This document shows positions 1 to 13,800 of a stretch of DNA of 64,000 nucleotides, in pieces. The first letter of the stretch is position 1. Each line of letters begins with the position of its first letter. A model generated the notes under the pieces. That model did no database searches. It had not been told where the DNA came from and saw nothing but the letters and a program-made list of their open reading frames with translations. Position numbers and translations under genes: made by a program. Source of the DNA: Octopus vulgaris (lineage: Eukaryota); contig OX597821.1 in assembly GCA_951406725.2 (NCBI GenBank), positions 117,490,001 to 117,554,000 on the forward strand. Reading direction: 5' to 3'.

Positions 1-86
1 CATTAATGCTATTTCTGTGGGTTATTTTGTCCTACCATACATAGAAACCCTTGACAAAGGTAATGGCTGTGTTCCCTTTCCATTGC

Positions 87-295
87 TTAACCCCTTAGCA
101 TTCAGATTACTCTCTCAAATATAATGTTTATTCATATTGTTTTGATCATGGACTATTTCATAACTTTGATATTTCGACGATGTGATTGTTTATTTTTACA
201 ATGACATTCTAGGGTAGTTGTTAGAGGCCAGTTCTGGCCTGTTAGAACTTCAAAATGGTAGAATATTTGGGTCGGATTTGGCCAGTTTAAATGCT
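87..295. mobile_element. piggyBac-like MITE (TTAACCC.TTAGCATTCAGATTAC family); more copies ~7885-8910 (split), 10619-10980, 15800-15990, 56057-56267
   Basis: shared TTAACCC...GCTAAAGGGTTAA ends and body. Confidence 0.6.
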
Positions 296-699
296 TACCG
301 TCCCCAAGTTTGTGTGAATGTTCCTCTACATCAGTATTTCTCAACCATTTTTTACCCATAGACTCCTTTGATTCCTGTTCTAAGCTACTGGAGCCCCGTA
401 GCCATTTGCTGTGTAAAAATCCTGTCATTCTTTTATATTTAGATATTAGGAAATGTATTAAAAAAATGTTAAACTATTTTATGCATTGAAGAAGTATAAC
501 CAATTTATTGCTCATAAGCTTTAACAACAAAATCTTATTTGGACTCCCAAGGGTCATGTAGACCTCAGTTTAGAACCACTGAACTATTAGAGTTGCTTTG
601 AACTATGATATGAAATATTTTAAAGTAGAGATGGAAAGTGAATCAAAACAACCATCAAAGAAATGACCATATTTTTCAAAAATACATTTTACTGTGGAA

Positions 700-1113
700 T
701 GTTAAAAGCACATCTGAGTGTGATCGTTGTTAAGGCCACGGATTGACGACCATGCCGGTGACACGTGAAAAGCACCATTTGAGCAGGATCGTTGCCTTAC
801 TGGCACATGTGCCGGTGGCAGTTGAAAAACAACATTTGAGCATGGTTGTTGCCAGTGCCACTGGACTGGCTCCTGTGCAGGTAGCACGTAAAAACAACTT
901 TGAGCGTGGTCATTGCCAGAACTGCCTGTCTGTCCCTCATGCTGGTGGCACATAAAACACCCACTACACTCTCGGAGTGGTTGGCGCTAGGAAGGACATC
1001 CAGCTGTAGAAACTTTGCCAGATCAGATTGAGCCTGGTGCAGTCTCTGGCTTACCAGTCCTCCCATGCCAGCATGGAAAGCGGATGTTAAACGATGATGA
1101 TGATGATGATGAT
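700..1113 (+). mobile_element. RTE-3'-tail SINE or truncated LINE copy ending (GAT)n
   Basis: CACCCACTACACTCTCGGAGTGGTTGGCG...GCATGGAAAGCGGATGTTAAACGATGATG, same as LINE tail 28715-28955. Confidence 0.8.
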
Positions 1114-1135
1114 TTCCTTTCTTTTATTTTTACAG

Positions 1136-1223
1136 ATCAGAAAGGAAATGAAAGAAGAAATTGGTGACGAAAATTCACAAGAACCTAAAAGCCTCATTGA
1201 ACGCCTTGGAGAACTCAAACCAG
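1136..1223 (+). CDS. TOP2: TOP2 exon ([29 protein letters not shown])
   Basis: polypyrimidine tract + tacag acceptor, gtgagt donor; ends phase 1, matching next exon. Confidence 0.8.
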
Positions 1224-1927
1224 GTGAGTTGACAATTTTCCAAAATCTCTATTTCATTTATTTTACTTTTTTTTTAACTCATCAAAAAAAAAAAAAAAAG
1301 CTAAAAGTTTACATTTGTCTTCATTTTTTTAAAGAAATCAACAAATAAAACCATTTTTGAAACCAAAAATATTTTAGTCTTGAGTTTGCAATACTGTGTA
1401 ATACATACTTCATCCTTTTGCATTCTCTTACTTCAAAATTCTTTCCATACCAGTCTGTCTTTTCCATTTTCTAAGATGGTAGAATGTGATTGGTTGCTAG
1501 ATTTAGTAAGTCAAGACATTACGTGGCAGCTTTCTGGTTGGCTTTTGTAGAAGTGAGTGGTTACAGTTAGTGTATAAAGTTCACCCTGTTGTTCCAACCT
1601 GTTACATTACTCGTCAAGTGAAGATAAGCACAGCCAGCCCTGAGACAGGATTTGATGTTAGAATTCAGTAACAAAGAATATTGTGTCAACACTATGCTAT
1701 GAGTTACTTAGTAGTATGACACAGTCACACGATCAAGTTTGGATTGGCCAGGCCAGATGCCTCACCTCCACCACTTGCTAGCCAAATAATAATCCAAATA
1801 ATTATGATGTTCTTTTACCCAAGTACATATGCAATATTTTACTGGGAGCAGATGCATGTAGCAGTTTATTATTCATTGCAGTGTATTATACTTGATGGCG
1901 GGGTGGTGGTAATTTCAATTAAAAAGA

Positions 1928-1966
<39 letters not shown>

Positions 1967-2360
1967 AGGCGCAGGAGTGGCTGTGTGGTAAGTAGCTTGC
2001 TTACCAACCACATGGTTCCGGGTTCAATCCCACTGTGTGGCACCTTGGGCAAGTGTCTTCTACTATAGCCTCGGGCCGACCAAAGCCTTGTGAGTGGATT
2101 TCGTAGGCGGAAACTGAGAGAAGCCCGTCCTATATATGTGTGTGTGTATCCATCGTCACTTGACAACCGGTGCTGGTGTGTTTACGTCCCCGTAACGTTG
2201 CGGTTTGGCAAAAGTGACTGATAAGATTAGTACTAGGTTTACAAAGAATAAGTCCTGGGGTCAATTTGCTCGACTAAAGGTGGTGCTCCAACATGGTTGC
2301 AGTCAAAATGACTGAAACAAGTAAAAGAGTATATATACATATATGTAATATATATTATAA

Positions 2361-2394
<34 letters not shown>

Positions 2395-2960
2395 TATATA
2401 TATGTATGTATGTATGTATCATCATCATCATCATCATTTAACGTCCGCTTTCCATGCTAGCATGGGTTGGACGGTTCAACTGGGGTCTGGGGAGCCCGAA
2501 AGCTGCACCAGTCCAGTCAGATCTGGCAGTGTTTCTACAGCTGGATGCCCTTCCTAACGCCAACCACTCCGAGAGTGTAGTGGGTGATTTTATGTGCCAC
2601 CGACACAGGTGCCAGACGAGGCTGGCAAACGGCCACGCTCGGATGGTGTTTTTTATGTGCCACCGACACAGGTGCCAGACGAGGCTGGCAGACGGCCACG
2701 CTCGGATGGTGTTTTTATGTGCCACCGACATGTATGTATGTATATATGTATGTATGTATATATATATATATGTATGTATATATGTATGTATATATATATG
2801 TATATATGTATGTATGTATATATGTATGTATATATATATATGTATATATGTATGTATATATGTATGTATGTATGTATATATGTATGTATGTATGTATATG
2901 TATGTATGTATATATGTATGTATATATGTATGTATGTATGTATATATGTATGTATGTATG

Positions 2961-2991
<31 letters not shown>

Positions 2992-3098
2992 ATATGTATG
3001 TATGTATATATGTATGTATATATATATATGTATGTATATATATATATGTATGTATATATATATGTATGTATATATATATGTATATATATATATGTATG

Positions 3099-3138
<40 letters not shown>

Positions 3139-3289
3139 TGTATGTATATATATATATATGTATGTATGTATATATATATGTATGTATATATATGTATATA
3201 TATATGTATGTATGTATATATATATATATGTATGTATATATATATATGTATGTATGTATATATATATGTATGTATATGTATATATATAT

Positions 3290-3323
<34 letters not shown>

Positions 3324-6300
3324 GTATATGTATGTATATATATATGTATGTATAAATGTATGTATGTATATATGTATATATGTATGTATAAATGTATGCA
3401 TGTATGTATATATGTATGTATATGTATGTATATATATATATATATATATGTATGTATATATATATATATATGTATGTATGTATATATATATATATGTATG
3501 TATGTATATATATATGTATGTATGTATGTATATATGTATGTATATATGTATGTATGTATATATGTATGTATATATGTATGTATGTATGTATATATGTATG
3601 TATGTATATATATATATATATATGTATGTATATATATATATATATGTATATGTATGTATATATATATATACATACATACAGAAGGTGTAGTCAAATGTAT
3701 CCGACTGTGATTTTTGTTTTTTGCCACAAAATAATAATACGTGAGCCAAATCTGCATGGGTATTAGGTGGCTGTGTCCTTCCTGAGTATGTGCAAAAATG
3801 TTCATGTCTGTAGGTTGTGTCATTCACCCGCAGTGACACATTGAGTACAGGTGTGAAGATTGTGCTGTGCAATTATTATTTTTGAGTCAAGATGACCGAG
3901 TGTACTGAGCAAAGATGCTGTATCAAATTCTGCCAAAAACTTGGTGATACGCAAGCCCAGGCCATTGAGAAAATACAGAAGGCTTTTGGAGATGATGCTG
4001 TTGGGAAAACAAAAATAAAGGAGTGGTACAACCGGTTCAAAGATGACCGCACCTCAGTGGACAGTGGCAGACCATTGACTAGTAGAAACGACAAAAATGT
4101 TTGCAAAAGTTCTTGATCGCCTTTGTGGAGTTGTGCGGTGAAAATGACCCAGCAAAGAACTGGCAACTCCACCATGACAACACACCTGCTCATTCCGCTC
4201 TCATCGTCCAAGCATTCTTCGTCAAGCAAAACACAACACTTGTTTGTCTGGCTTCCTATTCCCCAGATTTGGCTCTTAGTGATTTTTGGTTATTCTCAAA
4301 GCTCAAAGGAACACCCAAAGGGAGAAGATTTGAATCAACAGAGGACATTAAGCAAAATTCGATAGCACACCTCTACAGCATCCCAAAAAGTGATTTCCAG
4401 AAATGTTTCCAGCAGTGGCAGGAACGCTGGCAGACTCCCAAAGCGAATACTTTGAAGGAGACTAAATCAAAATGTTTAGTTTTTTCATGTTTCTTGGCCA
4501 AAGGTTGAATACTTTTTGACTACGCCATTTATCAAGTGTTTGTGATGACATTGGACACTTAATTCTAATGAATTTTTTTCCTTAAATTTCATAGCAAAGA
4601 AACCCCGACAGCCACGAGTACCCAAAGCTTCATCAGGATCTCCAAAAGGCAAAAAGGGTAAAGGAATGAAAAAGAAGAAGCCATGGGAATCTGATGAATC
4701 TGATGCTGGTTCCATCAGTAGTTTGTCAGATGTGGAAGCTGCAGATCTTTCAGCTTCAAGAGAACGAATTCCAAGACGTGCTGCCGGTGAGTGCTACTTT
4801 TTTTTTTATTATTGTTCAATATCTTCTCTTTATTTTGTCTTTCCAGATTTCTCTGTTCTCTATTTCATTTTGGTATATTTATTTTCTCTTCATTAAAATT
4901 AAATTCTAAAATAATTTCTTCCTCTTTTTCTCTTTTGTATTTCCTATATTTTTTTCTTAATTTGTTTTTGGGTTTCTGTTTTTAGTTCTTTTCCTTCACC
5001 CCCAATGCACCGTTTCTCTGTTGAGCTTCCTGTTAGTCTTAAAGTCCTTTTAGTCTAATAACTTCCCTTGAACTGCTGCTCATTGGAACTCACTACAATT
5101 GTCTTGTTTTCTTTTGATATATGATATTCACTCCTTTAAGCTTTCTGACAACATATTTTGAGTTTGTAGGCTCCTTTTTCTTTTTTGTAGTCCCTTACAC
5201 AACAATGGCCTCAAGCCTTGTTTGGGACAAAATCCTCAAAACAAACTAAAAAACCCTCAAGATCTAATTACTCTTGTTATAACGAGGTCTCAAGAATTTT
5301 CTGTTGTCATTTCACCCTCTCACTTAAATTTCTTTTCTATCTTGTTTCTCTTTTTCTTTTCTTTCACTTTCTTTTCATCATTTGCTTCTTTATTTCTCTC
5401 CTCTTTTCTCTTCCTCTCTCTTCTCTCTGTTCTTTTCAATGTTCTCTATTTTTAATTGCTCTCTTTCTTAAGACTTCTTGGTCTCTTCTTCATCTATTTC
5501 CTATATTTATACATTATTTACATTTGATTGATATTTGTCCTCAACTTGTTTGTTGTTAACACAACGTTTCGGCTGATATACCCTCCAGCCTTCATCAGGC
5601 GTCTTGGGGAAATTTTGAACCTGGGTTCTCATTCCTAAGGTATTTTTCGATGTTGTTGTTCTTATTATTATTATCATCATCACCATTACCATCATCATCT
5701 GGAATCGACCTCAGAATCTTAGGGTTAGTAGCCCGTGCTCATGACCACTACGCCATAAGAACGCGGGTTACTAACCCCAAGATTCCAGGTACGATATCAA
5801 GCAGTGACCTGAATAATGATAATAAATAATAATAATAATAACATCGAAAAATCCTTAGGAATGAGAACCCTGGTTCGAAATTTCCCCAAGACACCTGATG
5901 AAGGCTGGAGGGTATATCAGCTGAAACACTGTGTTAACAATAAACAAGATGAGGACAAATATCCGTCAAATGTAAATAATGTACATAATTCCTCATCTCT
6001 TAAATATAGAACTGCAATGTTGCTAATTTTGAAATCTTTATTTTATCTTCATCATTCATTTACTTTAGTCTTACAACGCAAAACTGGTAAGGTGATTCAC
6101 TAAAACGATAATTGTTTTTATATTAATGTAGGCACCAAAAAAAAAATGTGCCTGATTAGTATAATGAAGAATTATCTGATTAAAATACTTATCCCCACTG
6201 CTTAGCGTATTTACTCTTGTATTAATTGCATGCTTTTATTTCTTGATTTTCACTGCTACTTACACATGGGGCAAAACTGGAAGGAAAAAGTGTTAGGAAG

Positions 6301-7854
6301 GCAATCCAGCCATAGAAACCAGGCTGAAACAGACGTGGAGCCTGGGCAACACTTCTGATAGCCAGCTTCTGTTGAACCATGCACCTCATGCTGGCATGGA
6401 AACCAGTCATAAAATGACAATGACTCAAGTGTTCTCTACAGGTTTGATACCCAAAGAGAAACACGACTTGCATTACTCACAATGCAAACCAAAGACTGAA
6501 GCCCCAATACCCATAACAAAATCTGGGAAGAGTTTGTACTCCCCCAACAAAATACAAGGAAAAAAAAAAAAAATCAAAACAACTCAATGTTGCACACACT
6601 CCAGAAGTGTATAGCAGGTGATGCTGTAGAAATCTGCCTGAAATTATCAAATCTCCAATAATAATAATAATAATAATAATAATTATTATTATTATAATTA
6701 AGCCTGTTAGACTTACAATTTTGGCCCACCTTCTATTGTATAACAACTCATTAATAACTTTTATGATGTAACCCAATGTAATCAATGACTTACTAATGAA
6801 AATGACAAAATACTTTGTGTAATATCTTGTCCAAGTTATGTTAATTTCAACCTGCCTTTAAGGGTATGAGTAGTGGTATGATGAATGGTTTGGAAGTTGA
6901 TTTCACAATTTCAAGGTCCTTTGTTCAGTCCCCACTGTGTGACATGTGGTCAAAGGACTTTGTCGGGGAATAGAAACAGTTGGACTGCACCTGTAGTCTG
7001 AAAGGTTGGCTTTGTCACACTGCCATGTTGATTCTTGAGGATTTTAGCAAAAGTAAAAGTGTCTGTGGAATACTGAACCACTTCAGTGATTCAATACACT
7101 GTGTAGGGGATGCGATTCAGTCGGTCAACCTCTTCATACAGCTGGAATGAGCATTGTTGAAAGATGGTGAATCCATTTAGGAATGGTTAAGCATTTCCTC
7201 CCTCCTATCTTTTTTTTTAATTTTTTTATTTACCATCCATACATACAGGCTTGCCCTTTACGGGTGATGGTGCCACAGAAAATTCACTTGTGCTTGTGCT
7301 GCATAAACGCACCCAGCACACTCTGTAAAGTAGTTGGTGTTTGGAAGAGCACTCAGCATTAGAAACCATACCCCAACAGACAATTGGAGTCAGGAGAGCT
7401 CCAGTCTAACCCATGTCAGCATGGAAAATAGATGTTAAATGATGATGATGAATTTTTTTGAACACAGTACAAATTGTCTGCCAGGCCATATAAGGACACA
7501 ATTTTTACTGTGTTCAAAAGAGGTATTATTCTGATAGATGAAAGCGAATCTTCATTCGGCATCGTTTTTGGTTAGTTATGGGTTAAATCCTTTATTGCAA
7601 CTGACAATTTGCAAACGGTAAGTCTGCAGGTTTACAGAACCCCTGCTATCACAAAGAAATGGTGAAATGTAGTTCAAATATCAAATGCTTTATTATTTGC
7701 ATTCTTCATTGCAATATTCAACCCTGGCGTTAGGAAGGGCATCCAGCCGTAGAAACACTGCCAGATCAGACTGGGCCTGATGCAGCCTTCTGGCTTCACA
7801 AACCCCAGTTGAACCATCCAACCCATGCTAGCATGGAAAGCGGATGCTAAATGG

Positions 7855-7886
<32 letters not shown>

Positions 7887-10800
7887 AAGCATTCAATCCA
7901 GCCATATTGGGCCCTATGCTTCCTGTTTTATGTTCAAACTGGCCAGATCCAACCTCTCACACCTACCCGACAAAGTCATTCTAATAATAGGAGAATCACA
8001 CCATCTTCATCATCATCATCATTTAACGGCTGCTTTCCATACTGGCATGGTTTCGACGGTTTGACTGAGGACTGGCAAGCCAGGAGGCTGCACCAGGCTC
8101 CAATCTGATCTCGCAAGGTTTCTACAGCTTGATGCTCTTCCTAACACCAACCACTCCATATATCGCAGCCATTGCAACGTGACGAATGCACGGTGCCAAG
8201 CGGGCCACTTTTGGTAAGCAGAATAGTAAATGATACGATGCCCGGCACTGGCATCGACCACGCTCAAATGATGCTTTTTACATGCCACGATCATGGGAGC
8301 CATAAACTGTAGTACATAATTGAAGTTCTCTTAGCTATTAAAGATGTTAAGAGATATTTGACATAAACATGCTGCTGCATAAAAAGAAATAGGAAAATAG
8401 ATATAATTAAGAAGAGGGGGAAAATCTCAAAAAGATGTGAAAGTAATCACCATGTTTAGAGGATCATTTCCTGCCAACATTTGCCTGATATTTGATATGA
8501 TCTCTCTTGGATCATAGTTAGGTATTTTGGTACTCCATCCTGTGCCAATGCCATCGGTTCCATTCACCAATATCATTGGAATAATGGGAACATAGTATTC
8601 GGGTTCAATTTTCTGGTTGTCATCATAGAGGTTTTTCAAGAGAGGAAGATCGTCAGGGTGAAATATTCTTTTTCTAAAAGCGTAAAGATGCGATTAAATA
8701 TATATTATTTAATCACACTCTGTCGAGTGGTTGGTGTTGGGAAGGGCATCCAGCTGTAAAAATCCCGCCAAAACAGTTACAGAAGTTTGGTGCAGACATC
8801 TGCCTGGCCAGCTCCTGTCAAACCGTTCCATCCATGCCGGCATTGGAGCGTGGATGTTAAACGATTTTTCAAATTACATTGGACAAAGTAATCTGAATGC
8901 TAAAGGTTTAACAAAGCAGGAACAAAGAAACACACTTGCACAGACACATGTTTGTTTTCACTGTAGAGGCAGGCTAATGAAGTCTCTTACAGATTTAAGA
9001 AAAGGCTCCAGTGGAACCTTTTCTAATTATAATAGTTTTGAAACAATTAATTTTTCAATTATATTGCTCTTTGAACATTGTCATTGTTCCAGTTATAAAA
9101 CAAATATTTTCAATTTCTAATTTAATATATTTAATTTTATGCATTTATTTTCTTTTAAAACAGTGTTTGCTTTTATACACTCACTTTTAGTTTATTCTTT
9201 ATATATGTAAAGACCTTGTTTTAATAATTTCAGAGGATGTTCAAAATAAAGCCAATTGCTCAGAAGCTTCTTATTGATGCTAAATGTCCGTTTTTCCTTA
9301 CTATATCTGTATTATCTATTTGACCATTTGTGTGATGATAGTTTATTGACTGCTAGGGATCATTCTGTAAGGATTCAGTATTCTTTTCTGCCCTGAAATT
9401 TTTGTGGAATGGGCCAGTCATTTAGATTGACTCCAGTATGCAACTGGTACTTAATTTATTGACCCAGAAAGGATGAAAGGCAAAGTTGACCCCAGCAGAA
9501 TTTGAACTCAGAACGTAAAAACATGAAATACAGCTAAGCATTTTGCCCAGCCCAGCATGCTAACATTCCTGCCAGCTTGCCACTTGATATAAGGGATCAG
9601 TATTACATATATGAATGATAAACTGCTGGTTGTTTGCTCTCCACCCCCTTATCAGAGCGGGTATCCATGACTAGGAGGCTGTTTCTCTTGAATTCATAGA
9701 TTTTAGGAGAGTAGAAATGAAAGTGATAATGCTCAGTTCTTTCTCAAAGACGTTATCTCCATAAGTGAAACAAAATGGTTACAGCCAAGATTTGAAAACT
9801 AACTTGTGATCTAGCATTTGACCCCTACAATTAGTATTTCATTAGTTTTCTGGCTCTTTCCTTATTACTTAACAATTTAGCATAAATTTCACCTGGTTGT
9901 TGCGAATAATTTACAGCATTTTTCTGGATAAAAGTTAACAGATTTGATTTATTTAGTGATGCTTATTTCAGACCATGAATGGTTGGGCAACTGGCTCTAA
10001 TTTATCCCACCAACTCATGGAGCAAAGAAATATTGATCAGTTTATTTTCTCTTAGTAGTTATTGTTATTCATTCACTTTACAAGTTTGGATTTTTAGATC
10101 TATTTTAAAAGAGCAAAAAATCTTTGGTAAATGAGAATTAAAAAATAAACTGAATATAGTGTTAACTTGTTGGTATTTAATTCTTTATTCTGTCAAAATG
10201 CAATGTCATTTTTGGGATATTTACTTAGTTTCATTAATCCATGTTGTTATGTAATCTCAGCCCAACTCTGACTGAGCAAAGATTATTGCATGCAGAAAGT
10301 TGTCCAAACAACTCAATGTAATCCATTAGCTGTAAACAGGTCATAGTAACCCACCAACTGTAATTGATAGCTGTAAACAATTCACTGCAATCCACAGAGC
10401 TGTTGTTCTATAGATACATAATATACTCCTATAGTATGAATAGGCCTATACATACTACAGTTCTATATATATAGAACTATAATGTATATAGTTCAGGAGA
10501 GGTATAGTCATTTAAATCAAACTGGATATATTAGTAGCACATCGTGGAGTATACCAAACACCATGCAACCAATACAGTGTGCGCTTTGGACCAGCTGCTA
10601 TGTGTTCAATACTCATAAGGGTTAATTTATTGAAATTGTTATCAATTAATCATTCTTTACCTCTTAGCTTTGATATTTCGATGATGTGATGGCATATTTT
10701 TCAGAATGACATCGTAGGGTAGGTGTTTCAAGGTTAGATATGGCCAGTTTGAACATAAAACAGATGGAATATTTGGGCCAGATATGACCAGTTTGAATGC

Positions 10801-13800
10801 AAGAGGGTTAAATGAATTATATTCAGTCCAAAATTCTATCTGTTTTGTGTTCAAGTTGGCCAGATTTGACCTCTCACACCATACCTACAATGTCATTCTA
10901 TGAGATAATGTATGATTAATCCAAACCCATGTGAATAAATAAGCATCACATTTGACAGAAAAATTTGAATACTAAAGGGCTTTTTGCAGTTTCTTATATT
11001 TTCCTTTCTGATAGATTGTGATTATTTTTTTTTATAAATTCATATATTATGAAATATTTGATTTGTATCTTTTTTTGTCTTTTCTTAAATATAGCTCAAG
11101 CAATTAAATATAATTTTGGTGATGATGAAGATGAAGAAGAATATTATCCCGTACTCCATGAAAACCAGGCAGATGTTCCCCCACCAGCTGATGATCCCCC
11201 ACCAGCTGATGATTGCAATAACATGAATGCTGGGGCAGAAGAAAATGATGTAGATGATGACGACGATGATTTTTTTGCTCCTAAAAAAGAGTAAGTTCAA
11301 AAAGTCATACAAGTCCATTCTTTTTTTTTTTTTTTTTTTTGACGAAATTGTAATTTTAGAATTTGTAAAATTTGAAAAAAGATAAAAATTTTGAGCATTT
11401 AAGAATATATATTCATAATTCACAACATCAACATCAAAAAATCAAATGGAAATAGTAGTTGTGATACTTGTGCCATGGCATGTAAAAAACACCACCTGAA
11501 CGTGGCCGATGCAAGCGCCGCCTTGACTGGCTTCCGTGCTGGTGGCACGTAAAAAGCACCAACCGATCGTGGCCATTGCCAGCCTCGCTTGGCACATAAA
11601 AAGCACCCACTACACTCACGGAGTGGTTGGCGTTAGGAAGGGCATCCAGCTGTAAAAACACTACCAGATTAGACTAGAGCCTGGTGCATTCTCCTAGCTT
11701 CCCAGACCCTGGTCAAACCGTCCAACCCATGCAAGCATGGAAAACGGACGTTTAACGATGATGATGATGAGGATAATGATGATGAATTCATCTTTAATTT
11801 TTTTCAACCTATAATGGTTGGGCCAGATATGGCCAGTTTGAATACAATTAGATAACCCTATGATTTCTTTAAAATTCAATATCTCCAGATACTTTCCAAC
11901 TTGGACAAGTATTTTTATGTGTGTGTGTATGTGTACCCTTGTCTAGACATCACGTGATGGTTGTACTTGAGCATCATCATCATACGAGTGAGGCTGTTTG
12001 TTTCCTTTCCAGCCATCTTTGAAAATCACGTCTCGCTTTGGAAAAAATATATTACCCTGCTTGGATGTTGACGGGGGTTGGTGACAGGAAGAGCATCCAG
12101 CTGTAGAAACCTGCCTGAACAAACTGAGCCATGCAAGCATGGAAAAGTGCACATTGAAATGATGATGAGACTTGTAATCCAGCAGAATAACAATCTCCAT
12201 CTAATCAGTTTGACAATGTACTGTGAAGGTTTCCATATTTGCAGACAGTTTGTCATTCAGCTTAAGTTGTTGAAAAGAATTGCTGTGGAATGTAATGGTG
12301 GACAAAAAATATTCATTTCTACTCTAAGCACAAGGCCTGAAATTTTGGGGAAGGGGCCAGTTGATTAGATTGACCCCAGTACACTACTGGTACTTAATTT
12401 ATTGACCCCGAAAGGATAAAAGGGAAAGTTGACCTCGGTGGAATTTGAACGCAGAACGTAAAGACAGATGAAATTCCTATTTCTTTATTATCCACAAGGG
12501 GCTAAACATAGAGGGGACAATCAAGGACAGACATAGGTATTAAGTCGATTACATCGACCCCAGTGCGTAACTAGTACTTAATTTATTGACGACCCCAAAA
12601 GGATGAAAGGCAAAGTCAACCTTGGCGGAATTTGAACTCAGAATGTAAAGACAGATGAAATACTGCTAAGCATTTTGCCCGGTGCTAACCACTCTGCCAG
12701 CTCAACGCCTTTGTGGACTAAATGCATTGACAAATGTGTGTTTCTATGAGTTTTGGGCTGCATTCAAATATAATGGATTTCAATGAAGAATGAGAAGTAG
12801 ATAAGTACAAATGTAGATTTAGGTGAATTCTCAACACCAAGTGACAGGGTGAGATTTCGTGGTTAGAAAAAGAATATTTCACTTTGACTATAACCATGAA
12901 ATTTATGCTAATATGGGCCTAATAAGCCACCTCAGGACCCACAATGAGTAAAGCTTCTAATCTGGCCAGGGACCTGAAAGATGAGCGTCAGGTGAAAGTC
13001 CCTGATATATTAGTAATTACTTCAATATTGGGAATATTTCCTTTGTCTTTACGTTTTTCCGAGATACCATGTCTCAGGTAGCAGTTGCTTTTACAGTTAA
13101 AGGCCTTTCCAACTCGGCTGTCAAGTGAGGCCTGTTTGTGTTTGTTATTCAGGACGATCTCAGGAAAACACATTTGTTTTAGAGTGTTCCTTTAACTTGT
13201 TTTTGGGTCATTAGACTGGCCATGCTGGGGCACTGCCCTGAAGAATCGTAAGTTGAATGAATTGACCGCAGTACCTATTCTGTCGCTCTTTTGCCAAACT
13301 GCTAAGTTATGGGGGCATAAATACACCAACACCATTTGTCAAGTGGTGACAGGGGACACACACAAAATAAGCTTCTTTCAGTTTCAGTCTACCAATTCCA
13401 TTCACGAGGCTACAGTAGAAGATACCTGTCCAAGGGCTACGCAGTGGGACTGAACCCAGAACCATGTGGTTGGGCAGCAAACTTCTTACCATGCAACCAC
13501 ATCTGCACCATTGGTAAATTTTTACTTTTTGAATAATCCTTGAAACGTTTGTTTCTTTTTCAGTGAAAAGAAGGCCCCTTCTCCTGTGAAGGCAGCAAGC
13601 CCCAAATTTGAGGATGAGGATTCTTCTGAGGATGAAAATGCCGACTTGTTTAGCCGAGTCACTGAACAGACCAAAAAAGCACGAGATGATGCTGTCTTTG
13701 GGATATCAACTACACTTACAAAACCAACAGTTAAAACCTCAATTCCCAAAGAACCCATGAAAGGTGAGTGCTTTTGGCTTTCTTTAAAAATTTCTGATTA

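Noticed and set aside
2438-3872. Long ORFs of 250-460 aa on both strands
   Set aside because: Translations of the (TATG)/(TA) microsatellite, which lacks stop codons; no real protein
4791-5500. Phe/Leu/Ser-rich membrane-protein-like ORFs
   Set aside because: Low-complexity pyrimidine-rich intron sequence
8427-8673. A second complete TOP2 gene on the minus strand
   Set aside because: No neighbouring core exons were found on the minus strand within the window; only one isolated exon
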